A DNA stretch of 63,361 nt, filler included, from Rozella allomycis CSF55 (lineage: Eukaryota), in NCBI GenBank assembly GCA_000442015.1. It is 6 parts of 6 records of this genome, joined end to end, with 100 filler letters (N's around TTAATTAATTAA, not from the genome) between each part and the next. Parts side by side here need not be neighbours in the genome. Positions count along the whole stretch, not along the records: positions 35,963 to 50,261 come from KE561014.1; positions 50,362 to 56,081 come from KE561017.1; positions 56,182 to 62,210 come from KE561020.1; 3 more parts are not named here. One strand, 5' to 3'. The position numbers and the translations under genes are program-made. Below, one piece after another: positions 47,556 through 59,692 of the stretch (positions within the stretch are counted from its first letter, which is position 1; each line of letters opens with the position of its first letter). The notes under the pieces were generated by a model that did not search any database, was not told where the DNA came from, and saw only the letters and a program-made list of their open reading frames with translations.

Positions 47556-47710
47556 GTTGATGGAATCAAGGTAAGAAGTAGCGGGAAATTTCCTTGGAAG
47601 ATGAATTTACTTTGAAATGATTTTGATGCCTAACCAATAAGTCTAGCGTATAGACTTGCTAGGAATTTCTTTTCAACAAGACGATTTTTATGTTTACATA
47701 ATTTTTTGTA

Positions 47711-50125
47711 ATGATATTTGTTATATTTCTCGTCTTCTTTGCAAGCCTTTCATTTGCAAAATACAAAAATATCTATGCGATGAATGAAAATGACGTGTCG
47801 GTTTGGGTGGCAGGAGGAATTTTTGTAGCTCCAATTGATGTAAAGTCTCTTACTGTTCCTGGTATTTTTCCACTGACAAAAGGCGGTAGGCCATTTGAGC
47901 AGGGAATATTACAAGCGGAATCATTTAGATGCGCAATAAAGTATGCAACAAGTCAACTTAAGCCCTTTAAGAACATGTCAATATACTACAATATCCATGA
48001 TAATTCAGATGAATTTTCAAGAACATTAGAAGTAGCCGCTGATTTTTCTTCATTTGCGTTTGCAGGAAAAGGGTTTGCGATAGGTAATACAAAAGGCATG
48101 ATAAAATAGGTGGACAGTCTTCAGAGTCTGTGCGTGATCTTTCTAGCATTCTTGGATTTGATTTCAATACTTTAATATCGCCAGGGGCTCCTTCATTAAC
48201 ACTTTCTTCGTCAAATGATTACCCATTTCTGCTTCGCACAGGATTGACTGATCAGTTGTATGTCGCTGCCATTACTCAAATCTGCAAAAGAATGAAATGG
48301 GATTTTATTTCAACAATATATTATGGAGATATTATTTTATCGAACACCATAGATTACTTGAAAAAGGAGCTATCAAAGGAGCGAATTGTCTGTGTATGTG
48401 GTTCATGCGACAATTTCGCACACAATACACTGACAAATGCAAAAGAATTTGTGAAATGCATAAAAGATCATAATATCAGAGTGATCGGATTGCTAGCCTT
48501 GTCTGAACTTCAAATTGAGAGATATCTCACCCTATTTGAAACCTTGGGATTAAGTGGTGTTGTGTATATATTTTTGGAAAGACCAATGTCTGTTTTAGAA
48601 AATCCTAGTCTGAAAAAAGTTGTTGGAGGTAGTATAAGTTTAGGTCCTAAGCCTGTGAGAGAACGCGTTGAATACCTGAATAAGTGTTTGGGCGAAGTGC
48701 CCATTAACTCTGAGGAATTTCCAAATGTTGTCCGAGAATTCTTTTCCACTAAATTTCGATGTTTTATGAATGGTACCTACCCCTTATGTCCTTCTGAGAT
48801 TGAAAAGAGATCAACCAAAGTTGATTGTTTGTGTACTGGGAAAGAATATATAACTGATTATAAGTATTATAGCTCGTTGTACACTTTTGATTCCACATTG
48901 ATTGCATTATATGGATGGTCACAACTTTTGCCTGACTGTGAGAAAGTCGACTGTAGAAATGAAGCGGGGAAGCCAATGGGGCGGGAGATTGCTTATCCGT
49001 TATTCATAGAGTTTATGAGGGAATCTGAAGTTGTGGGAACTACGGGGATCTTGTCCTTTAAGAATACCAGTCGTTCAAGTAAGAGGGATATTTTGAAACA
49101 ATAGATTTGATGATCTCTATTGAACAATTTGATGAGAATGGAAATTATAAAGAAATTGGGATATTTGACAAGGCAAAGAAACAAATATATATTGACAAGA
49201 CGAGACTTGTTTGGACGAAGATGTCTTCTTCTGGACAAATTTTATCACTAAATATTCCAATATCGCGTAAAATATTGTCTTCTACTTGAATTAAGATGTG
49301 GAACCTGTAAATGGGATTAACCAAATATCAGGGCAAATTTTCATCACAGCGGCATGTTTGGGAATCATTGCTTGTATCTATATTCTTACTAAAATTATAT
49401 TAAATAGAACAGAGAGGCCAATTAGGAAAAGCAATCTTTTTTATAATGTGATACTACTGTTAGGGATTACTTTTTTGTATGTGACCATTCTTTTATGGAG
49501 TGTACCAGAGTCGACTGAAGTCTGCATTGCCAGACGTACCATATTGACATTATCGTGTGCTACAGTAATAACATGTATGTTTTGCAGAGTGTATCAAGTG
49601 TTTTTGGTCTACAGCTCGTATGAAATTGAAAAAATCAGTCCATTTGTAACCGCCAAAGGAATACTAAAAGTACTGTTGCCAATAATAGTTATAGACACTG
49701 GAATCTTATGTGGGATGTTTCAAAACCTGGAAGGCATAAAATTAATAATGCCCGACGATGATTTGACTTTTCGGTACTATTCATGCTCATACAAGTCTTC
49801 GCAAACTGACAAGTACTATTCTTTAGCGCTGGTATATACAAATTTGGGGCTATTAATTGCTTCATGTATCTACGGGTTTATATCCAGAAGGGTTGTAATC
49901 TCCTATCACGAAACAAAATATATAACAATATCCTTGTACAATCTTCTGGTTTGTGCGACAATTTTCATGCCCATGTATGTCACCGCAAAGGAAACACGAG
50001 ACGGATGGACCCAAAAATATCTTGTGCGTTCAATTCTATTATTCTTTGCAGCATCTTTCACTTTGCTATACAATTTTGTGCCTAGATTGAGGAATTTACA
50101 AAAAAGCAGTAAAAAGAATGCGTAA
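47711..50125 (+). CDS. class C GPCR (Venus-flytrap ectodomain plus 7tm_3; GABA-B/mGluR-like)
   Basis: Signal peptide; GIFPL, LISPGAPSLTLSSSNDYPFLLRT, MKWDFISTIY, GTTGILSF; TM region IRKSNLFYN.ILLLG, CIARR, YHETKYITISLYN, FVPR; about 3 introns. Confidence 0.9.
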
Positions 50126-50568
50126 GTAAATAAAATTGAGATTTCGCATTTTAATTTTGGTTCAGATATATTTTTAGTTCGCAGTTATTGTGATGTATAT
50201 TATTCTCGAATCTCTCACTTTCTGAATTCTTGGTATAGAGATAAAAGACTCAAAGTTTGCANNNNNNNNNNNNNNNNNNNNNNNNNNNNNNNNNNNNNNN
50301 NNNNNTTAATTAATTAANNNNNNNNNNNNNNNNNNNNNNNNNNNNNNNNNNNNNNNNNNNNACTTACTTGTTCTATTACAGTTTTAACTCGAAAATAAAT
50401 TCCATTTTAAGTGGTAAAAAAAAAAGTTAATAACCCGCAGGCCGCACAAAGCAGACATTAAGTACAAACTCAGTTGATACTTCGTAATCTTTATTGTATT
50501 ACTAATTGTTCGTCTATCTATTATATTCCATGACTATTTAGAATGTGACTTGATCAAATAATTTATAG

Positions 50569-52581
50569 GTTGTTATAGAAACTGGACTTGATGAATAACG
50601 AACAATCCATTAACTTCAACGTACCAGCAAAGTTCTTAAAGGCATCTCAGGCCAGAATGCAAAAGATGAAACAGAATAGTTTAGAGAGAGATAAGTCTAT
50701 GGTTCCTCCCAAATTGGAACCATTACCAAAGGCTCAAGAAGGACCAAAAGGCCCCAATATGTCCATACCCTCTACTTCAAATATATCANTGTCCATACCC
50801 TCTACTTTAAATATATCAGATAAGGTCTTTGAAAGTAATCCAAAAAGTAAGCCTGTGACCGCCCCATCAAAAACTGCCTTGGAAATTGATCGCATAAGAA
50901 AGAAACGTGAGTTGAGACGCCAGCAACAACAAGAGATTAAGGACATGAACAAACTGATAGATCCGGAAACAAAGGATATTAAAAAATACAAGTCAATCAT
51001 CGCTGCTTTTGTCGCCGGCATACCAGCTGGTGTATCCAATTCAAAGAAATCGTTATCAGAAATCAGCCAAGAAGCAGCAATCAGAGTGTGCGTACGAAAG
51101 AGGCCTATTAATGAAAAAGGTATCTTTTTTTAATGAATTACAAAGAAAGCAGTTTGTCCAATTTTGACGTTGTTACGTGCAGATCTAATGCAAGCCGCAA
51201 CGCGCTGATGTATGTGCACGAACCCAAAGTCAAGTTTGACATGTCAAAAGACATGGAACATCATCAATTTTGCTTTGATAATGTCTTTGATGAAACCAGC
51301 ACAAATGAGGCAGTCTATTCTTCCACTTTAAAGACAATTCTGCCACAGCTACTTAACCAAGGCAGAATAAGCTTTTTCGCGTATGGTCAAACTAGTTCAG
51401 GTACACTGACAAGCCTATTCATATGTAGGAAAAACTCACACAGTCTTCGGTAATCAATCGAATCCCGGTGTTTATCACTATGCATGCAAAGACATTTTCA
51501 AATTGATTAAGAATGACAAATCATTATTTGTGACAGTATGTTTTTATGAGATCTACGGCGGAAGAATTTATGATCTATTTCAAAACAAGGCCCGGTTGCA
51601 GTTGTTAGAAGATGGAAAGGGTGATATAAAGATAATGGGTTTGCAAGAAATACAAGTTGGTAGTTATGAAGACATGATAAGACTTATTGACTATGGTTTT
51701 TCAACTCGTACTACAGCATCTACCTCTGCAAATGATGAATCATCACGAAGTCACGCAATATTGCAGATTAGTATTCGTCAGGGCGATGGGTCCATAGTTA
51801 AAGGAAAGTTCTCTTTGATTGACCTTGCCGGATCTGAAAGAGCTTCAGATGTCAATCACACTGACCGGCAACGCAGAATCGAGGGCGCCGAGATCAATAA
51901 AAGTTTGCTCGCGTTGAAGGAATGTATAAGAGCCTTAAACAAGAGACAGAGTGGTGCCCATATTCCTTTTAGGGCCAGTAAGCTAACTCAGGTTTTACGC
52001 GACTGCTTTATTGGAAACAATTCACTTACAGTAATTCAATGTCAAATCCTATATAGGTCATGATAGCAGCGGTAAGTCCAGCCTCCGATTCCTGTGATCA
52101 CACTCTGAATACACTTCGTTACGCTGATAGGGTAAAAGAATTGAAGCCGGAGAAGAATTCCAAACTAAAAGTAAATACAAAGAGGTCGATATCATGCTCC
52201 AATGTAAAAGAAACTAATATAAGTTAATAGATGCTTCCAAGTCCGCTTATTTCACCCGAAGATGAAGATATTGAAAAACTCCATGAAAGCTTGAATACTC
52301 CCTTTGAACTTTTAAATCTTCATAAAACTGCAAATGCCATAGTTTATGAGCACGAAAATTTGACGCGAAAGCACGATGAGGCACTCAAAGAACAGACTTT
52401 AATATCACAAACAGAAAAAGAGCTATTGGATGAAGTTGACATTGACATATACGTTGATGGATTAGAGAAATGCATTAATGATAAAATGGAGATTCTTGGT
52501 GATTTACTAAGAAATGTACATCAATTGAGACAAGATTTATCACACGTTGATACAAATCCAGATATTAATTTGGAAGATTAG
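50569..52581 (+). CDS. kinesin-13 family motor (KIF2/KIF24-like), 5' end uncertain
   Basis: [87 protein letters not shown]. Confidence 0.95.
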
Positions 52582-52654
52582 AAATGAATAAATTTGATTA
52601 TATACCATTAATGATTTTATTGATTCTCAATCTCGACTAGATTATAATCGGGTG

Positions 52655-53206
52655 TTAACACTTGTTGATCTTTATTTCAACATTGGTGATTCCAAGCGGC
52701 ACCTTTGCGTCTTCATCATAACCATACCATTCGCCTTCAGTCAAATCAATGTCATCGAAAGTATTTCCAGCTTCGGATATCGCTTCAAACCCATCCTAAA
52801 CTAAATTAGGCTTTGAAACGTTACCCTCAAACTTAATTCAGAAGGCTTGCATCCTCTACATTCAAGTTTTGCAAATTGCTGAGGCTTATTATCATCAGTT
52901 ACATCAAACGTCGACACTAGATCTTCCTCAACGACACGAGTATATATTACCGACAGAGCATTCTTTTTTGCAAGATTTGCATTTAAAAACCAAGTTTGCA
53001 GTACCTCTGCTGCCACTGATGCTAGTTTGTTCCTATAAATTTTTATGATAGCGAATTAGTACGTTTCTGTTCAGTGCCATGAAGCTATCTGAAATCTCAC
53101 GGCAACCCTGACACTCGCAAGACAAAAATAGGGAAGTATCTTTATGTAATCTAAGAGTTGTTATGTTTTCATAATCAGCTTTCAAAAAAATATCAAAAAA
53201 TGGCAT
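52655..53206 (-). CDS. DUF866 / CZIB (C1orf123)-like zinc-binding protein
   Basis: CQGCRE, GSRGTANLVFKCKSCKK, ECRGC, DIDLTEGEWYGYDE. Confidence 0.88.
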
Positions 53207-53329
53207 GGTAAATTTTCAAAAAACTGTGGTCCAAGTAAGAATTTCAGATCGACTAATAACTTTAATGCTTTATTGAAAAATACTTTGAATTATTTAGAAA
53301 AGTTATTTTATTTAATAAATTATAAGTTT

Positions 53330-55417
53330 TTATTGGGATTGAGCTTGAATTTTGCGATCAACGGCCATTAAAGTACCGACAAATGTAAGAATCATTTTTG
53401 GTTTGACTTCCATGATATCTTCTGGAAGAACGAAAATAGTTGCACCCAATTTACGAGCAATACTAATGGCATATTTAGCATTCAATTTGGCTTCATCTGG
53501 GGTAGAGGCGGGAGTTACTAATTCGTAATTGACAATACCTTTCTTAATTCCAGCCATTAAATCTAAAAAGAAGTGACCAGTGGAAAGAGATGGATCTTTG
53601 AAGCTAGACATGGAAGTAGTTTTTGCAGCTCTTTTAACAGTTGCGTTTGCCCATTCGATTATTTCATTTTCTTTTATTTCATTTCCATTTTTATTTAAGA
53701 CCTTAAGAGTTTCAATAACATGATCCCTCATCATTTGCCAAACAAGAGCCAATGTCAAATTCTTTACTCCATCAGTTAAATCAGCGCCTTGAATTCCAAC
53801 AAGAGAATACTGACTGCTCTTTCCAAGCAAAACAGCGTAATTTGTATTTTCAACCCTCTTAAATCTTGATGTGACCGGGGTTTTGGTATTAACTTTACTC
53901 CAAACAACGGAGCCTTATTAAATTAGAAATATTGAGATACCTGGATGAATTTTGTCAAAGACTTGTAATAAAACAAGACCATCTTTTAAATCTTCAAAGA
54001 TGTTGGTAACAAATGGTTCAACGCCCAATGAATTCATCCAAAGAGCAAAAGCTATTGTTAATTTGCTATAACAGCACATTACCTCTTGATTCACGATCAC
54101 CTTGAGAGGCAAATAAACCTTCATCAAGGGCAGCCATTTCTGCTTCAGATAAAGGCTCCAATCCAGGGTGAATATTAAACAAATTTGCAACAAAGGCCAA
54201 ATTAAGTTTAGGGTTTCCAGAGACAACCGCTTTGGCTGTAATGTATTTTCTGCAGTCCAACTTTTCAGTATTCTTCAACATTAATTCTGCTCTCTTGAGT
54301 AAATCTTCTTCTTTCAATGCATCCCTTGAACAAACTTCTGGCGCCAATTGGTTCAACAATACAATGTACGCCTCGCTATCCTAAAATAGTCTCGCTAAAT
54401 TTAAATTACTTTGATATCATTAGAGAAATTATTGATTCTCTTTGAATGCTCAGCTTTCTTCAAATGATAATTAACCCAACGGAGCAAAATGGCGTCCGCT
54501 GGCAATTTAAGAAAATCTTCCAATGTTTCATCTTTATCCAAAAGACGAAATAATTCTGGATGAAGTTGCAAATTAATTTTAGCCAAAAGACCAATCTTAA
54601 TGATTTGCCAAATCAATCCAAGAATAAGATGGGGACGTCCTTCAATCAGATCCTGAGATCCAATATTAACAACAGAGCAGCCAATAGCTTTAGCTGAATT
54701 AATTACAACCTATATTTGTACGAATAACCTATTGTTACATTGTTGTTTTCAGTCATTTGGAAGGGATTCAATTTAGGACTAATGTTCAACACTCTTTCAT
54801 CGATGGTATCTGGAACAGAATCATTGATCAATTTAGATAGCACCAAACCATCCTTGCAAGCCTCATAGATAGCCATCGAATGTGTGTCAATTGGTAGCTT
54901 CCCACCCACATCCTTGTCATTCTTTAACACTTGGTTAATATGACTGGCGAATTGCTCTTGTTCATCTTCATTAATAGAATGTTGAGTTGATGAACTAATT
55001 TATCGCCATTTTGGTTAATTACGTGGCACCTCCAAATGTGGTAATTTTTCCCACTTGACTAACTGCCTTGGCAACACCCTTTTCATCACTCACACCCAAC
55101 TTCATTTTCTCAATCAACTATAAATAAATCATTCAATCACCTTTTACCTGCAAAAATTCATCAAATTCAATTGTCCCACTCTTATCAGTATCAACCTCTT
55201 GTATTTGGCGTCTAACCTCATCAAAAGATACATTCTCGCCCAACTGTTTGTACACTTTTATCAATTCACGGGCGTCAATGGACCCGTTAGAGTCCTTGTC
55301 ACTATACCTAACTAGGGACAAAACTACTTACAATTCTCTAAACACTTTAACAAAGTCGTCAATTTCTTCCTTGCTAAACTTTGCGTACTTTGAAGCAGTT
55401 TTGTAGTAGTCCGTCAT
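53330..55417 (-). CDS. SAC6: fimbrin/plastin (EF-hands plus 4 CH domains)
   Basis: EF-hands DKDSNGSID/DTDKSGTIE, DGLVLSKLINDSVPDTIDERVLN, ILLRWVNYHL, GNPKLNLAFVANLFN, NAKYAISIARKLGA; many introns. Confidence 0.97.
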
Positions 55418-55744
55418 CTCAAGAGTGGCGTGGTTCCTAAAGTGACAAGTGGCTAAATTTAATCAAGCATAAATAATATCATAATACGTATTTTACTAAA
55501 ATAACAAAGATTGAAAAAAATAAATTTTGATATGATTTATTGCGAATATTCTTAAAAATACCTAAAATAATAATATTGATTTTGAATTTGTGCTTATTTA
55601 TTTATTTTGACTTTGTCTTTTTTATTTAGTGAATGATGGTGCTGTTCTGAGTTTCTCATTATCAGTATCCACTCATTAGTCATTTAGTCATCATGATGAA
55701 TTCTCAAGTAAAGATAAAACCGTGTTTCAAATTCATTACTCCAA

Positions 55745-55823
55745 TTGGTTGTGACCACACCCCATTGGTAAGAAGAAATATGATTGGTGGAATGGAATGG
55801 CAAGTAATGCGCCTCACTGGCTC
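55745..55823. repeat. partial copy of the small insertion element seen at 59469-59573
   Basis: gtgaccacaccc...ggtaagaagaaatatgattggtggaatggaatggcaagtaatgcgcctcactggctc shared. Confidence 0.85.
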
Positions 55824-56654
55824 GAGTTTAATCCACTGTGGCTGATATATAAATTTAAAAATAGAAAGATTTAAAGAAAATAAAATATTTAATCGCCTTT
55901 ATTATTAAGTATATCTATTCATTTGGTGTCAAAAGAAAGTAAGCAAGTACATGGCCGGTGATTGGCAGTTGAAGATTGCTTGAAAATGCAGGGCCATTGT
56001 CGGGTGTGTATAGATTTAGCCTAATTAATTGCGATGAAATGGATATTTTTGCGGAATCAATATTTAAAACAGTCTTTGATGNNNNNNNNNNNNNNNNNNN
56101 NNNNNNNNNNNNNNNNNNNNNNNNNTTAATTAATTAANNNNNNNNNNNNNNNNNNNNNNNNNNNNNNNNNNNNNNNNNNNNGTCGCAGCTGTTGCTGATT
56201 CGTTTAAAGTAAAGTAAAACATGCTTTACTTCTTATGATTGTTTTTAGTAAGCCTGGCTTGACTGATACTGATAATAGATATCCAACGCAATAACTAGTT
56301 GTTAGGCCTCTTCCTCGCATTCATCACTCTCAGAGTCATTATCATATAATTATAAATCTTCAGCAAGCTCATAATCAAAATTATTACTGTCGCGTAAAGA
56401 ATCTGTTCATTCGGTGGTTCTGTTTTGGTTCTGTTAGTGTAGTTTTCGAAATACCTGTTGCCATTCGGGAAGCATGGAATTGGATGAGTACTTAGAATTT
56501 TTTTGGCTCTAGTTTTCAGTTTTTTTGCCCAAGCATTGATAGGTAACCCGTAAAAACGATTTCAAAATTACCTAGAAAATTTACGAAATGGGGTGAACCT
56601 GATGTTCAATACAAACGAATTAGATAATTTAGTGGACAGTCGAAGTCCTCTTTA

Positions 56655-57844
56655 TAGGTCTCCGCAACAAACATACACAAATACATTACTAGGGTTGACA
56701 TATGCATATGTTTAGAGCCAATACCTTTGGTATTTGTTTGTTTTGTGAGTTCGTCAAATAGTTTGACAAAAAGTTTGCAAAAACTTTCGATTTTTATTGT
56801 CGATTTGGCGGTATTTTTCTTCTTCGCGTATTATGATTTGTTCGCATCACGTACTCCTATGCATATAGAATAAATGGTCGGCGTTAAGGGGAAACTCCAC
56901 GTGAAGACATGGACCTACCGGCTAACAACATCTCCGCCCCTCTGGCGCCCCGATCACCATTGATTGCGACTTTGGGCATGATATCATTGAAGTATCAAGT
57001 AATTGACTCTATCTGCAATGTCGCATCTACTTCTGCACCTGCCGATGGTCAACAAGCATCAGACGTCTGGAAGATATTCACGCTGGAAAAGAATGGTACA
57101 ATGCCAAAGGCAAGATCTGCTTTAAGATGCTTAAGCGTAATCCAAAGACGACGTCGAATCTCCTACGTAACGTACACAAGCGGACACAATATCAATTGCG
57201 AAAGAGTGCAAGCTGGAAAGATGACGCTGTGTCTGACATTCGCGAAAAATGCACAGAATGAGTTCTGAACTTCTGTGTTCACGCAAGAGTCTTTTGCTGA
57301 GCAGATTGTCGAATTTGTGGTCAGTCGTTTGCCATGATTGTACCCAAAGAGTTCAGAGAGATAGTCCGTCCACTGACTTTTGTTGCTCGTTATGCCCAGA
57401 GAGTTATGGCATGCATGTGTTTAAAATCGTAGCTTTAAAATTGAAANTTTCGTACGCAAGGGGATACAATATCCATTGCGAAAGAGTGCAAGCTGGAAAG
57501 ACGACGCTGTGTCTGACATTCGCGAAAAATACACAGAATGAGTTCTGAACTTCTGTGTTCAGGTAAGAGTCTTTTGCTGAGCAGATTGTCGAATTTGTGG
57601 TCAATCGTTTGCCATGATTTTATCCAAAGAGTTCAGAGAGATAGTCCATTCACTGACTGTTGTTGCTCGTTATGCTCAGAGAGTTATGGCATGCATGTGT
57701 TTAAAATCGTAGCTTTAAAATTGAAAATAAAAAAACAAGGTATTTGCAAAAAGTTTGCAATTATTTTGGGCAACTATTTGTTTGTTTTGTGTTCTATGTT
57801 TAAAGGAACAAAACACAAATAGTTTGTTTGTGTGCGGAGCCCTA
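56655..57844 (+). mobile_element. internally deleted, decayed hAT-like DNA transposon
   Basis: TIRs TAGGTCTCCGCA / TAGGGCTCCGCA; frameshifted BED finger (SDVWKIF...KICFKMLK...TTSNLLR) fused to hAT dimerisation-like remnant (NCERV..AG...RMSSELL); no TSD found. Confidence 0.7.
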
Positions 57845-57904
57845 ATCCCCGTCTGATAAATAGTTTAAACCTTTTAAAAAACTTATTAAAAAAGAGTAAA
57901 AAAT

Positions 57905-59248
57905 TTATTGTTCAACCGCGTCTGTTTTTTTATGATGATCTTCGTGTATACAATATTCATAGTCAAAATAGAAATCCATCCAAATTTCATGCAACAAATA
58001 TATAATCCCAAGAAACTTTTGATGAACATAATTACTTTTTTCTTCATCACTGGAGATGCCAGAACTTAATCGAAAGTGCTCAACAATTTTACGGGAAAGG
58101 TATTGAATGTTTTGATTTGTAATTTCCAGGACTTTCTTTAATGACTCTTCTTTTAACTCATAAGCTGTCTCATTGTTGTATTCAAGAATTGACAGAAGAG
58201 ACTTAGCAGAGTTTTGTATGATGTCATTAAAATTATTTAAAATAGATTTCATTTCTTCTCCTTGCTGAGAATGCAACTCTTCTTTGAATTCAAGAACGGT
58301 CACGTGAGGCTTTAAATCGGAACCACACGTACAAAAGTGGTAGGAATGTATTAAGAGAACCAAAATTATACAAGTAGGTGGAACAAACTTACGTGGAAAA
58401 AGCATCTGTTGGTGGCTTAACTCTTACCTGGATCGCTAATACAAGGGGGTCAGTAGATAAAACATTTAAAATAAATCTATGCTGTTCTTATTTTCTACTT
58501 TAATTAAAAGTACGACTCATAGTTTAGGTAAGTTAAGAAAAAGGTGGCTTAGAAATGATTGTTCTAATTTTTCTTTTCGCTTATCTATCAAATGTACTGG
58601 CCTTNTACTCTTAAAATCGGAAACCAGAATTTTTCTTATAAAAAAGATCCAGGACGTCTGTTTTTTTATGATGATCTTCGTGTATACAATTTTCATAGTC
58701 AAAATAGAAATCCATCCAAATTTCATGCAACAAATATATAATCCCAAGAAACTTTTGATGAACATAATTACTTTTTTCTTCATCACTGGAGATGCCAGAA
58801 CTTAATCGAAAGTGCTCAACAATTTTACGGGAAAGGTATTGAATGTTTTGATTTGTAATTTCCAGGACTTTCTTTAATGACTCTTCTTTTAACTCATAAG
58901 CTGCCTCATTGTTGTGTTCAAGAATTGACAGAAGAGATTTAGCAGAGTTTTGTATAATTTCATTAAAATTATTTAAAATAGATTTCATTTCTTCTCCTTG
59001 CTGAGAATGNTCTCATTGTTGTATTCAAGAATTGACAGAAGAGACTTAGCAGAGTTTTGTATGATGTCATTAAAATTATTTAAAATAGATTTCATTTCTT
59101 CTCCTTGCTGAGAATGCAACTCTTCTTTGAATTCAAGAACGGTCATGTGAGGCTTTAAATCGGAACCACACGTGCAAAAGTGGTAGGAATGTATTAAGAG
59201 AACCAAAATTATACAAGTAGGTGGAACAAACTTACGTGGAAAAAGCAT
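57905..59248 (-). CDS. small secreted orphan protein (~166 aa), present as repeated, probably allelic copies (57905-58405; 58611-59248)
   Basis: MLFPRKFVPPTCIILVLLIHSY hydrophobic leader; near-identical copies separated by single Ns. Confidence 0.6.
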
Positions 59249-59468
59249 CTGTTGGTGGCTTAACTCTTACCTGGATCGCTAATACAAGGGGGTCAGTAGA
59301 TAAAATATTTAAAATAAATCTATGCTGTTCTGATTTTCTACTTTAATTTATAGTACGACTCATAGTTTAGGAAAGTTTAGAAATAGGTGGCTTAGACATG
59401 ATTGTTCTAATTTTTCTTTTCGCTTATCTATCAAATGTACTGGCCTTNATACCTGGATCGCTAATACA

Positions 59469-59573
59469 GGCTAAAGGAAATTACACCCCGGGTGTGACCA
59501 CACCCTGTCACCCCATAGGTAAGAAGAAATATGATTGGTGGAATGGAATGGCAAGTAATGCGCCTCACTGGCT
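59469..59573. mobile_element. 105-bp insertion with 7-8 bp target-site duplication (c)taataca
   Basis: Filled site ctaataca[insert]ctaataca versus empty sites ggatcgctaatacaaggggg at ~58430 and ~59273. Confidence 0.8.
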
Positions 59574-59692
59574 CTAATACAAGGGGGTCAGTAGATAAAA
59601 TATTTAAAATAAATCTATGCTGTTCTGATTTTCTACTTTAATTTATAGTACGACTCATAGTTTAGGAAAGTTTAGAAATAGGTGGCTTAGAC

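Noticed and set aside
55302-55331. Internal AG|GT in the first fimbrin intron as another stacked intron
   Set aside because: The second unit would be only 6 nt; the whole is a normal 30-nt intron.
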